45,813 nt of DNA, taken from positions 1 through 45,813 of IMG/VR virus record IMGVR_UViG_3300012942_000068; one strand, 5' to 3'. Of the stretch, positions 34,852 to 43,526 are shown piece after piece. The position numbers and the translations under genes are program-made. Source of the stretch: a virus (taxonomy: Duplodnaviria > Caudoviricetes). The notes below the pieces were generated by a model. That model saw only the letters and a list, made by a program, of their open reading frames with translations, had not been told where the DNA came from and did no database searches. The first letter of the stretch is position 1. Each line of letters starts with the position of its first letter.

Positions 34852-34956
34852 TTGCATTTAGGGGTTGTGAAGCCGTTCGTGCTGTCCTATGATTGCCATA
34901 CCGACATACAAACGGTCCCCACAACGGGGTTCTCTCAATGAATTTTGGAGGTTGAC

Positions 34957-35586
34957 GTGACGGAATTGGCGACGGGTGACGAACAGCTGGTGAAGGCCGG
35001 CGAACAGAAGGCGAAGCGCGAACGCGTCGTCACGAAAGTGACGATGGAAGATGGCCGTGAGGTTGAATTCGCGGGCAAGCGCCGGCTGCTGAAGGATGCG
35101 ACCATCAGCGAAGATGGTTTTGACGTGGACGTGCGATTCGACCTGATCAGCGGTGAAACGCGCAATTTCAAGATTGCGGCGAACAACCCGCTGTTCGCGA
35201 AGTTCGCGGCGCACGGCATCATGCAGAAGATCGGCGACGAGGTCGCGGGCCTGGAAGATCCGGAAGATATGATTCTCGCTGTCGAGGAAATCATCGAACG
35301 GCTCTCGAAGGGGGAGTGGGGCGCGGAACGCAGCCGTGGCGAAGGCAATGCGATGGCTGGTCTGTCGGTCCTCGCGAAGGCTCTCGTACAGGTTTCGGGC
35401 AAGACTCCGGAAGCTGTTCGTGAGTTCCTGAAGAGCAAGAGCAATGCTGAGAAGCTCGCGCTGCGCGACAATCCGACCCTGCGACCGGTGATCGCGGAAA
35501 TCGAAGCCGCGAAGAAGCCGAAGGCGAAGAAGGAGAAGGAGCAGCTCGACACGGACAGCATGCTGAGCGAGCTGGACGCGAAGTAA
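34957..35586 (+). CDS. early protein, paralog B (probably highly expressed)
   Basis: GGAGG SD before GTG 34957; strong GC3 codon bias; similar to 32535..33188. Confidence 0.85.
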   Translation: MTELATGDEQLVKAGEQKAKRERVVTKVTMEDGREVEFAGKRRLLKDATISEDGFDVDVRFDLISGETRNFKIAANNPLFAKFAAHGIMQKIGDEVAGLEDPEDMILAVEEIIERLSKGEWGAERSRGEGNAMAGLSVLAKALVQVSGKTPEAVREFLKSKSNAEKLALRDNPTLRPVIAEIEAAKKPKAKKEKEQLDTDSMLSELDAK

Positions 35587-35589
35587 GAG

Positions 35590-36163
35590 CAGTAACACCA
35601 GCGGCCCGTAGCTGGTGCATCAAAAGGACGGGAGATTGGCTGCGGCGTGCGGACAAACAGCGAGAGTTGCGAATACCACGCCTGCAGCCGCCTCAAGGAA
35701 GGGCAAAGAGGCTTCGCCTCGGTTCTTCGTAGGTCGGAGACTGACGAAGGCCCTTCCTTGAGGGAAAGGAAAGTAAGCAGCCGTCTAAGCGACGCGTCGC
35801 TTCACAACGTTGTTGAAATCTGAGTACCTCGCCAGTATGAGCGCAAAAAGCTGCAGGTAGTCGATACTGACCCTGCAGTCGTCAGGTCGCCCTCACTAGG
35901 ACCGTCTGGCCGCCATTAAAACAGTGGGGAATCTGTTTAAAAATCCTATGAGCTGAGCCTTCTCTGGTGAAGGAGATAGCGTATAGTCAACTGCAAGAAT
36001 CCCTGCGACACCTGCTGATCACTGGTTAGGGGATCAAGTGCGGTTACGGAAGCGGCTGATCCAGCTTCCCTTTAATTCAACTGGAATAGACCCTAGATTG
36101 AGCCTCCGGGGTTGTGCCTTCCAGTTCAAACGGCCTCTGTATGGCGATGCAGAGGCCGTTTTT
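35590..36163 (+). ncRNA. candidate large structured non-coding RNA or array of small RNAs
   Basis: No + strand ORF of 60 aa or more; about 11 consecutive hairpins including a 14-bp stem closing a 3-way junction; ends in a strong terminator. Confidence 0.6.
36128..36163 (+). terminator. intrinsic terminator
   Basis: AAACGGCCTCTGTAT / ATGCAGAGGCCGTTT then TT. Confidence 0.88.
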
Positions 36164-36165
36164 CA

Positions 36166-36205
36166 TTATTTACCGGGATTAATAAAGATTAATCGCGGTG
36201 GGAAA
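36166..36205. repeat. 40-bp palindromic element, copy 12
   Basis: TTATTTACCGGGATTAAT-AAAG-ATTAATCGCGGTGGGAAA. Confidence 0.95.
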
Positions 36206-36270
36206 TAAACTGACGTTCCCATGGCCCATGTATCCATGCAAAATAGAGGCATTCTCACGGAGGTTCTATC

Positions 36271-36501
36271 ATGAAGGATGCAGACAAAAGAGGAATGATT
36301 GCCACACTTGGCAAGATGGTAAGTCGGGTATTTCAGAACAATAAGTATGACAGTATCTTTGATGAAAAAATTTTACAGTCGCATTCCCCTCGGAATAGTC
36401 GCCCCATTCACAACCTCGCAGGTTCAAAGATCCGCCGCAAACTCGGTCAATTGACCTGCTCTCATCCTGTCGGTACGCACCATCGTCAGATGGGTCGTTG
36501 A
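36271..36501 (+). CDS. hypothetical basic protein
   Basis: GGAGG SD. Confidence 0.6.
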   Translation: MKDADKRGMIATLGKMVSRVFQNNKYDSIFDEKILQSHSPRNSRPIHNLAGSKIRRKLGQLTCSHPVGTHHRQMGR

Positions 36502-36526
36502 TGGGCACAATGGAAAGAGGTCAATA

Positions 36527-36850
36527 ATGGCACTAACCGACGACCAGATTCTTATACTTGCGTTCCAAATGTCGATGGGAAGTCGCGAATATTACAAATT
36601 CGGCAACAAGCGCATGATTGCTTTCGCCCGTGCGCTGCTCGCTGCCCATCCCGTTGCCGACGTTGTAGTAGCACCGGAAGGCTGGAAGCTCGTGCCGATC
36701 GAACCCACCGAAGAGATGATTCGAGCTGGCAACGCAGCCATCCCCAATCAACTGGAACCAGCAATGCATGCGTGGGACTCCATGCTCGCCGCCGCTTCGC
36801 AGCCTCCAGTAATAAACTCTGCCATCGAAGCTGTCTTGCAATCCTTTTAA
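36527..36850 (+). CDS. phage hypothetical protein
   Basis: LTDDQI...FARALLAA and PEGWKLVPIEPTEEM..AG...MLAAA, a common phage module. Confidence 0.8.
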   Translation: MALTDDQILILAFQMSMGSREYYKFGNKRMIAFARALLAAHPVADVVVAPEGWKLVPIEPTEEMIRAGNAAIPNQLEPAMHAWDSMLAAASQPPVINSAIEAVLQSF

Positions 36851-36863
36851 AAGGTATACTAAA

Positions 36864-37058
36864 ATGTTCAACCCCGATACCGCAGCAAAGTACAAGCTCG
36901 CCTTCTCTCGTTGCTACCCGCAAAAGCGGCTCGAAATTCGCAGCCACTATCACCGTGGGCAGTGGCAAGGCTACAAAATCATCATCGACGGCGAGGCCGG
37001 AGACATTTCCCTGTCCGAAATGCGGATGCACCAAGCCATCGAAGGATTCTTGCAGTAA
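36864..37058 (+). CDS. hypothetical protein
   Basis: AAGG SD; followed by a terminator. Confidence 0.65.
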   Translation: MFNPDTAAKYKLAFSRCYPQKRLEIRSHYHRGQWQGYKIIIDGEAGDISLSEMRMHQAIEGFLQ

Positions 37059-37081
37059 TCCCCACTCTGTCGCAGCACCTT

Positions 37082-37102
37082 CGAGCCTCCGGGCTCGTTT
37101 TT
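37082..37102 (+). terminator. intrinsic terminator
   Basis: CGAGCC-TCCG-GGCTCG then a T run. Confidence 0.75.
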
Positions 37103-37118
37103 TCTGGAGGCTCACTTC

Positions 37119-37625
37119 ATGGATTTAGATGCTCTGCTCGAAGAATCAGTCGAGCTTCGAAAAAAAGAAAAAGCAGCCAAGCCGAAAAAAGAACCGGCAG
37201 AAAAATCTGTTGGCTGGATGAACAGCGAAGAACGAGAAATACATCAAGCTGCAGTGAAAGCTGTCAAGGCTTCCGGCAGTGGGTGGAAAACCATCGGTGC
37301 ATTAGTGATGATAAACGTTCAATGCTGCCAACATTGCGGCAACGAACAATCTCATCTGGAAGGCATTTTCCTCAAACGAACGCACAAAAAGTTTTTCACT
37401 GTTCAGTACCATCGACCTTCAGATAAAATGGAACTTGAAGGGCTCGATCGCGAAGTTGAAATCAACAGAATCCCGATCGCAATGTGTCCTTCATGCCTGC
37501 CGGATCACAACTGGCCATCAACCCTTCCCACCAATCAACGCGAACTTCAGGAGCAAAAGCTATGGGACGCCCAAGAAAAACCGTTCAGCCAATTCGATTC
37601 GGGTGCTGCATCCCCCAGGATTTGA
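37119..37625 (+). CDS. zinc-finger hypothetical protein
   Basis: CQHC ... CPSC; GGAGG SD. Confidence 0.72.
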   Translation: MDLDALLEESVELRKKEKAAKPKKEPAEKSVGWMNSEEREIHQAAVKAVKASGSGWKTIGALVMINVQCCQHCGNEQSHLEGIFLKRTHKKFFTVQYHRPSDKMELEGLDREVEINRIPIAMCPSCLPDHNWPSTLPTNQRELQEQKLWDAQEKPFSQFDSGAASPRI

Positions 37626-37768
37626 ATGAGCGGCTGGAGAAGCATCTGTTTTCGGAAGTTGAAGAGCGCATTCCGCACGGGGCGAAATCAGAATTCGTTG
37701 AAAAACTCATTCGTGAGTATTTCGATAAGCTGGACTGCGAAGTAACTGCAATTATGGACAGCATTTAA
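37562..37768 (+). CDS. putative ribbon-helix-helix DNA-binding protein with AT-hook-like N-terminus
   Basis: MGRPRK, alternating strand IRFGCCIP, helix DLNERLEKHL, KSEFVEKLIREYF; AGGAG SD. Confidence 0.65.
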   Translation: MGRPRKTVQPIRFGCCIPQDLNERLEKHLFSEVEERIPHGAKSEFVEKLIREYFDKLDCEVTAIMDSI

Positions 37769-37777
37769 GGAACTGAA

Positions 37778-38215
37778 ATGATCGAAGATACTCTTCATAC
37801 TACCTTTCTGCCGCCAATGAAATTGGCTGATGCCGTTGACCATGAATTTAATCGAATCAGCCAAGAGCTTTATCCAGGCGCGGGCTTTCCTGAAAGCATC
37901 GAAAACATCTACATCAGCGGTCCTGTCACTGGCATTCCTGATGGCAACAAGCCGAAATTCATGGCTGCAGAGTACATGCTCCGAAAGCTCGGCTTTCATG
38001 TGTTCAATCCTGCAACCATCCCTTGGCCTTCAATTCCCATTGAAGACGACACTGAACTGTGGAAATACTTCATGCACCACTGTGTAGCAGCATTGCCGAA
38101 TTGTGATAGCATTTTCATGCTCGCAGGATGGCAGAATTCGAAGGGAGCTGTTTGGGAGCATCGCATCGCACAGATGCTTGGACTGTACACTGTCTATGCA
38201 CCTGTAAATGAGTAA
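37778..38215 (+). CDS. DUF4406-like (nucleoside 2-deoxyribosyltransferase-like) protein
   Basis: IYISGPVTGIP..N...F, G..VFNPA, CDSI.ML.GWQNSKGA.WE..IA..LG. Confidence 0.85.
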   Translation: MIEDTLHTTFLPPMKLADAVDHEFNRISQELYPGAGFPESIENIYISGPVTGIPDGNKPKFMAAEYMLRKLGFHVFNPATIPWPSIPIEDDTELWKYFMHHCVAALPNCDSIFMLAGWQNSKGAVWEHRIAQMLGLYTVYAPVNE

Positions 38216-38266
38216 TTTTCATCACTAACCGCAATACTTACAGGGGCAAGCCCCTACGGAATTATC

Positions 38267-39577
38267 ATGGACGCAACCGAAGTCAACGAGAGTGGTCTGG
38301 CAAATGAACTCTACAAGCCAAAGGAAGAGTTTGTGCCGACGGCCGATCAGGAAATTGCAATCCAGAAGTTGCTGGATTTCATCAGTGAGCCAGGCGGGGA
38401 CTGGTACTTCTGCTTTCGCGGCTATGCAGGCACCGGCAAAACTTCCTGCACGAAGGAAGTTGTTCGACGCGTGGCCGGCTCACATACGGAATTTGCTTAC
38501 ACGGCCCCGACAAATAAGGCCGCGAAGGTGCTGCGCGAAATGATCGGCGAGGGAGTGACAATTTACAGCCTTTTGGGCCTACGTGTCGACACGAACGGGG
38601 AGACGAAGCAAATTACTGGAGGCAAGCCCATCGACCTGTCCGATCTTGATGTGATCGTGGTGGATGAAGCCTCTATGGTCAATGCACATTTGTTTGGGCT
38701 GCTGCAGGACGTTGCTGACAAATGGAATCTGAAGGTGATTTTCATGGGGGATCCGGCGCAACTGCCCCCTGTGAAAGAATCCGAATCGTTGGCACTGTCT
38801 GGGGACGGAGTCGAGCTGACGAAAGTAATGCGGCACGGTGGCGCGATCCTTGATCTTGTCACTGACATTCGCAAGGTGATCTTCAGCCCTGCACCTTCTG
38901 TAAACATCAAAACTAGTAACAATGGTGAAGAAGGTGTATGGAAGCTGATGAAGCCGCAATTCAAGAAGATGATCTATGATGCGGCCTCTCGCGGAGAATT
39001 TGCTGATGGGCGGACAACAAAGATCGTTAGTTGGCGGAACAAGCTCGTTGGCGAATACAACCAAATTGCACGACACGCAATCTTCGGTGCAGAAGCTCAG
39101 CCCGGATTCTTTCTGCCAGGCGATCGCGTCGTGGCTGGAGCCCCCATCAACAATGGCGACATTCCCATTCTGCATACTGACGATGAAGCCATTGTCGAAG
39201 GCGTGCTGGAGTGCAAACACCCACTAGAGCCGAAGTACCACGCCATCGAACTGAAGTGCCGTGATGAAGAGAACAAAATCTGTCGGTTGATGGTGCTGCA
39301 TCCGATCAGCTATGAACTGTTCAAAAATGACAGTGAATTGCTGGCGCATGAAGCGAGAGGCAATCCGAAGTTGTGGAAACGGTTCTGGGAGCATAAGGAT
39401 ATGTTCCATGACGTTCGTTATGCCTACGCACTGACGGCACACAGGGCGCAAGGATCAACTTATGACAATGTCTTTGTCGATTTCCAGGACATTCTCTACA
39501 ACCGCAACAGGCGCGAGGCTTTTCAATGCTTGTATGTAGCAGCATCGCGTGCCCGCAAGCGATTGTATCTCGCGTGA
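38267..39577 (+). CDS. SF1B helicase (RecD/Dda-like)
   Basis: GYAGTGKT, APTNKAA, DEASM, GDPAQLPPV, YALTAHRAQGST, YVAASRA. Confidence 0.93.
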   Translation: MDATEVNESGLANELYKPKEEFVPTADQEIAIQKLLDFISEPGGDWYFCFRGYAGTGKTSCTKEVVRRVAGSHTEFAYTAPTNKAAKVLREMIGEGVTIYSLLGLRVDTNGETKQITGGKPIDLSDLDVIVVDEASMVNAHLFGLLQDVADKWNLKVIFMGDPAQLPPVKESESLALSGDGVELTKVMRHGGAILDLVTDIRKVIFSPAPSVNIKTSNNGEEGVWKLMKPQFKKMIYDAASRGEFADGRTTKIVSWRNKLVGEYNQIARHAIFGAEAQPGFFLPGDRVVAGAPINNGDIPILHTDDEAIVEGVLECKHPLEPKYHAIELKCRDEENKICRLMVLHPISYELFKNDSELLAHEARGNPKLWKRFWEHKDMFHDVRYAYALTAHRAQGSTYDNVFVDFQDILYNRNRREAFQCLYVAASRARKRLYLA

Positions 39578-39594
39578 ATTCTTCATTGCGGTAG

Positions 39595-39634
39595 TTTTCT
39601 ACCGCGATTAATATAGATTAATCCCGGTAAATAA
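39595..39634. repeat. 40-bp palindromic element, copy 13
   Basis: TTTTCTACCGCGATTAAT-ATAG-ATTAATCCCGGTAAATAA. Confidence 0.95.
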
Positions 39635-39653
39635 CCCTATTTGAGAGACTGCA

Positions 39654-39827
39654 ATGCACCATTTACGAGAATTTGTAATCGACGGGGTAAAGTTCGTCGC
39701 CATTCCAGAAGATCTTCACGACGACTTGGCTCGATACATAGGAAGTCGTGAGGTTCGTATCTCCAGCCCCATGGCACAGAATCTTGCCAATCGTTGGTAT
39801 GAGTACGATTCGGAGATTTTCGAATGA
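39654..39827 (+). CDS. hypothetical protein (57 aa, MHHLREFVIDG...)
   Basis: Translated by hand; ATGA overlap with the next gene. Confidence 0.55.
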   Translation: MHHLREFVIDGVKFVAIPEDLHDDLARYIGSREVRISSPMAQNLANRWYEYDSEIFE

Positions 39828-40051
39828 GCACAGTCATCGCTGAACAGATTCAGAAATGGAGGGCGGATGCCGCCGCAGGAACAATCACTCTTGAAGAAAT
39901 GAAAGAGGCGATTGCAGCCATCCGCAAAGAGCGGGCGCAAATTGAAACTGCCCCCAAACCCCGCACGCGGGCAACGAAAACCACAAAGCAGCGCCCGGCT
40001 GATGTTGATAGTGACGCTCTTCTCAAAGAGCTTGGCGATCTAGGAATCTAA
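39824..40051 (+). CDS. hypothetical protein
   Basis: GGAG SD; ends DVDSDALLKELG. Confidence 0.75.
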   Translation: MSTVIAEQIQKWRADAAAGTITLEEMKEAIAAIRKERAQIETAPKPRTRATKTTKQRPADVDSDALLKELGDLGI

Positions 40052-40092
40052 ACCCCGTCAGAGGATATTTCTGACATACTGGAGGCTCTACC

Positions 40093-40614
40093 ATGGCAGC
40101 AGAAAAAAACATCGCGGCATTGTTGCGCGAGGATGCAAAAACTGTCCGCGTGATGTTCGGGGACTTTGACAGTTTAGGTCGACTGAAGGGTCAATTCGAT
40201 CACAATATCGATCCTGTGATCGGTGAAATCGCAGCAAAATCCATCGAACAGTATCAAGAATACAATGCCGCAGGACGAGGCGGGTATAAGTTCTACTCCT
40301 ACGTCACTCACCTTGACGTACAGTCGGGTGACCTCGTCCTGGTCGAAGCCGCGGGACAGTTGAAGGTCGCTCAGGTGATGGAAGTTGATCAGGAAGTACG
40401 CGTCGAACCGGGCTCGCAATTCGCCCTGCGGTGGGTACTCTCAAAGATTGACCTGTCGGAGCATTCTGCAAATATGGTAAAGAATGAAGAGATTGAAAAT
40501 CTCGTCAATCAAGCCTACAAGGCAAATCTGCGCCGGTCGTTTCAACAACAGATTCTGGGCGGGATGGATGAATCGGCGGCAGGCAATTTGCAGAAACTTT
40601 TGGGGGGTCAGTAA
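40093..40614 (+). CDS. hypothetical protein
   Basis: GGAGG SD; YSY....V..GDLVLVE SH3-like pattern. Confidence 0.75.
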   Translation: MAAEKNIAALLREDAKTVRVMFGDFDSLGRLKGQFDHNIDPVIGEIAAKSIEQYQEYNAAGRGGYKFYSYVTHLDVQSGDLVLVEAAGQLKVAQVMEVDQEVRVEPGSQFALRWVLSKIDLSEHSANMVKNEEIENLVNQAYKANLRRSFQQQILGGMDESAAGNLQKLLGGQ

Positions 40615-40961
40615 TGAACACGCCTGCATTCGACAATGTCCCGAAAGCTGTGAACACGCGCGGCTCGGTCAACAAGCTCAAAGCCCTCGAACTGGTTACT
40701 CTCTACAACTGGTTGAAGGACAACCACAGCACCATTCCGGAAGGATTCAATTACCCAGCTGCAGCTTCCTTCGTTGAAGGTCAGTTGAACTTCCGCATCA
40801 CTGAAGGCAATCTTCGTGATGCGATGTCGCAGCTCAATCTTCGGCTGCGCCGGAAGTCGGATCTTCCAATTGACCGCAAACTCGCGATCATGAAGCCCCT
40901 GCTCGAAGCCATCGCTATTCGGCTCGGAGTACCCCTGCCGTCCGATTGGGCTGATCTTTAA
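40614..40961 (+). CDS. hypothetical protein (possible HTH)
   Basis: TAATG coupling with the upstream gene; followed by a terminator. Confidence 0.65.
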   Translation: MNTPAFDNVPKAVNTRGSVNKLKALELVTLYNWLKDNHSTIPEGFNYPAAASFVEGQLNFRITEGNLRDAMSQLNLRLRRKSDLPIDRKLAIMKPLLEAIAIRLGVPLPSDWADL

Positions 40962-40983
40962 AACTCTGCAGTCTTTCTTTTCA

Positions 40984-41006
40984 GGGCACTTCGGTGCCCA
41001 TTTTTT
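40984..41006 (+). terminator. intrinsic terminator with C(UUCG)G loop
   Basis: GGGCAC-TTCG-GTGCCC-ATTTTTT. Confidence 0.88.
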
Positions 41007-41021
41007 ATTCAAGGATTTCAA

Positions 41022-42152
41022 ATGTTCCTTAAGAAGACCTTGTATGAACTTCCGATGAAGCGAGACTATGTCAGTCATTGGGGGTTTATTGAAGCTGTAC
41101 GGGAATTGTTCCAGAATGCTATTGATGGTGGGTCAGGGTGGACGTGGAAGCTTGAACCGCATCCGAGCGAAAGCGGCAATTTGGAAGATCACTTTTGGGC
41201 ATTGACAATCAGTAGTCCAAATGTCTCCCTTCCCGTGTCGACGCTCGTACTTGGCGAAAGCTCCAAGCGTGGAGACTCGCATAGCATCGGCGCGTTCGGG
41301 GAGGGATTCAAACTCGCACTACTCGTTCTAGCCCGCGAGGGGGTGCCGGTGACAATGCTCAATGATGACGTTGCATGGGAACCCCGATTCACGCAATCGG
41401 TCACGTTCGACACGGAAGTCTTTGCCATCCAAGAGACTCGATGCCCAGAGCATAAAGACAAAGGGCTGGAGTATGTTATTTCTGGCTTGACGCTTGGGCA
41501 CATCGGAGCATTGCAAGATGCTTTCTTGTTCATGCGGGATGATTGGAAAGAAGAAACCACTCCCGCTGCAAATGTTTACTTCACTACAAAAGGAAGGATC
41601 TTCCTCGAAGATCAACCTGCCATCTACGTGTCCGGACTGTTCATCTGCCAGACCAAGCTCAAATACAGCTACGACTTCAAGCCCGAAGTTCTCCGCTTGG
41701 AGCGCGATCGGCAGACTGTCCCCGACTTTGAACTGCAATGGGTCACAAAAGATATGTGGCTCGAAACCTGCATGTGGGATCACATTGCAAAGATGATTGA
41801 GAAGGAAGATCCTGACGTCGAGTACATTCACTACAACTGCCCCGAACTTCTCAAAGAAGCCGTCTACAAACAATTTCTGGCGAACAACCCGAAGGGCATC
41901 ATGGCCCGTTCAATGGAGCAAATGCAGGAACTGGTCAAAAAGGGCATGGAGAAGGTCGTTTATGTTGGCGGGGCGTACGGGTCGATTGTTTGCAGTGCTC
42001 AGCCCCCGCGTATACGAGACACACTGAAATTGCAGAGCCCTGAAGATATCCTGAATGAATTCTTCTCGGAAAACCGGAAATATATGCGTACACCGGCTAT
42101 TGTGAATTTCAAGTCACTTATCAACCGCAGCAAACTATGGAGAGGAAGTTAA
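41022..42152 (+). CDS. GHKL (HATPase_c-like) ATPase domain protein
   Basis: N-box EAVRELFQNAID; G boxes LGESSKR...IGAFGEGFKLA. Confidence 0.82.
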   Translation: MFLKKTLYELPMKRDYVSHWGFIEAVRELFQNAIDGGSGWTWKLEPHPSESGNLEDHFWALTISSPNVSLPVSTLVLGESSKRGDSHSIGAFGEGFKLALLVLAREGVPVTMLNDDVAWEPRFTQSVTFDTEVFAIQETRCPEHKDKGLEYVISGLTLGHIGALQDAFLFMRDDWKEETTPAANVYFTTKGRIFLEDQPAIYVSGLFICQTKLKYSYDFKPEVLRLERDRQTVPDFELQWVTKDMWLETCMWDHIAKMIEKEDPDVEYIHYNCPELLKEAVYKQFLANNPKGIMARSMEQMQELVKKGMEKVVYVGGAYGSIVCSAQPPRIRDTLKLQSPEDILNEFFSENRKYMRTPAIVNFKSLINRSKLWRGS

Positions 42153-43183
42153 TGAATAATCGACCAATGTTTCCGCACACTGTCGACAGTACGCTCATTG
42201 CAGCATTTCGATCGTGTCCGCAGAAGTTCTACCGCAGTTTTATTGAACATTGGAAGCCCGTTGGCAAGAGTGTCCATCTTGTAGCCGGCGGCGCATTCGC
42301 ATCCGGAATTGAAGCTGCTCGTGAAGCCTTCTACGTGAAGGGCATGAGCCCAACTGATTCCGAAGCTGTCGGAATGACTGCTCTCATTTCCCACTATGGA
42401 GATTTTGAATGTCCGCCCGACAGCCCCAAGTCTCTTGAACGGATGATGGGCGCATTGGAATTCTATTTCTTCAACTACCCATTGGGAGCCGATGGTGCTG
42501 ATCCGATTGAACTGCCGAACGGAAAGCGAGGCATTGAATTCAGCTTCGCAGAGCCTCTGCCGATTGCGCATCCTGTCACTGGTGATCCTATTCTCTATAC
42601 TGGTCGCAGTGACATGGTGGCGACTCGTCACGCCACAGGAATCTGGAACTACGACGAAAAGACCACATCCTCTTTGGGTGCAACTTGGTCCCGACAATGG
42701 GAACTGCGTTCGCAATTCACTGGATACAATTGGGCATTGCTCCAACAAGGGATCAAACCGGCTGGCACAATTGTCCGTGGGGTGAGTGTTCTAAAAACAA
42801 AGTATGACACGATGGAAGTTCCCACCCATAGATCGAAGTATGAAATTGATCTGTGGCTTCATCAAACAGTCCGGGATGTAAAACGGATGATCACTTGCTG
42901 GATGGAAGGATGGTGGGACTATGACCTGGACAGCGCCTGCACTGAATATGGCGGATGCGCGTTTCAGACTATCTGTAAAAGCAGCAACCCTGATGAATGG
43001 CTACCGGCAAAATTCGTTCAAAGGGTCTGGGATCCACTTGAAAGAGAGGAAATCAGTGTGGCTGATTATGAAGCAAAGTGGAATCACGTTCGGGGGGCTG
43101 ATGAAAAGCCTGCTCCGGGGTTGCCAGGAGCTATGGGCGGTGATGGAGCTGCTCTTGGCGACGAACTGAGAGGAATGCTCTAG
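42152..43183 (+). CDS. PD-(D/E)XK exonuclease (Cas4/RecB-like)
   Basis: N-terminal CP.KF, GRSD...DEKTT, QF.GY, C-terminal C..YGGC.F..IC. Confidence 0.88.
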   Translation: MNNRPMFPHTVDSTLIAAFRSCPQKFYRSFIEHWKPVGKSVHLVAGGAFASGIEAAREAFYVKGMSPTDSEAVGMTALISHYGDFECPPDSPKSLERMMGALEFYFFNYPLGADGADPIELPNGKRGIEFSFAEPLPIAHPVTGDPILYTGRSDMVATRHATGIWNYDEKTTSSLGATWSRQWELRSQFTGYNWALLQQGIKPAGTIVRGVSVLKTKYDTMEVPTHRSKYEIDLWLHQTVRDVKRMITCWMEGWWDYDLDSACTEYGGCAFQTICKSSNPDEWLPAKFVQRVWDPLEREEISVADYEAKWNHVRGADEKPAPGLPGAMGGDGAALGDELRGML

Positions 43184-43184
43184 C

Positions 43185-43526
43185 ATGCCATACATCCGCC
43201 ACTTCTTTGTTGGGGACAAATACTATGGATCAGCAGAAGCTCGAAAGCGCATCATCCACGGGGAACTGCAAGAGCCTCAGCACTACGCCATGTTCTGCCC
43301 TGAGTGCGGGGAAGTGTGGGCTCGCATGCCCGTGGAAGGAGTCACAACCCCAAACTGGTGGCGGATCATTGGTGGAAATTGTAGGAGACATCCTGGACCT
43401 TCCCCTTTTGTGGTAGCAGGTTCATTGATGCTGAATTGGGAACCAGAGCTTCAGGAAATGCTTCCTGAAGAGCTTTTGCGAGAGTGGGAATTGCCACTGC
43501 ACTTTGAATTTTGGGATAAACTATGA
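43185..43526 (+). CDS. zinc-ribbon hypothetical protein
   Basis: FCPECGEVWA, C..H. Confidence 0.72.
   Translation: MPYIRHFFVGDKYYGSAEARKRIIHGELQEPQHYAMFCPECGEVWARMPVEGVTTPNWWRIIGGNCRRHPGPSPFVVAGSLMLNWEPELQEMLPEELLREWELPLHFEFWDKL

Noticed and set aside
35725-35775. Hammerhead ribozyme (CUGACGA ... GAAA)
   Set aside because: Stems I and II cannot be built next to the core; these bases fit the 14-bp stem and 3-way junction better
35590-36163. tRNA cluster or CsrA/RsmA sponge
   Set aside because: No T-arm GTTCRA cloverleaf; about 13 GGA is near chance expectation and few lie in loops
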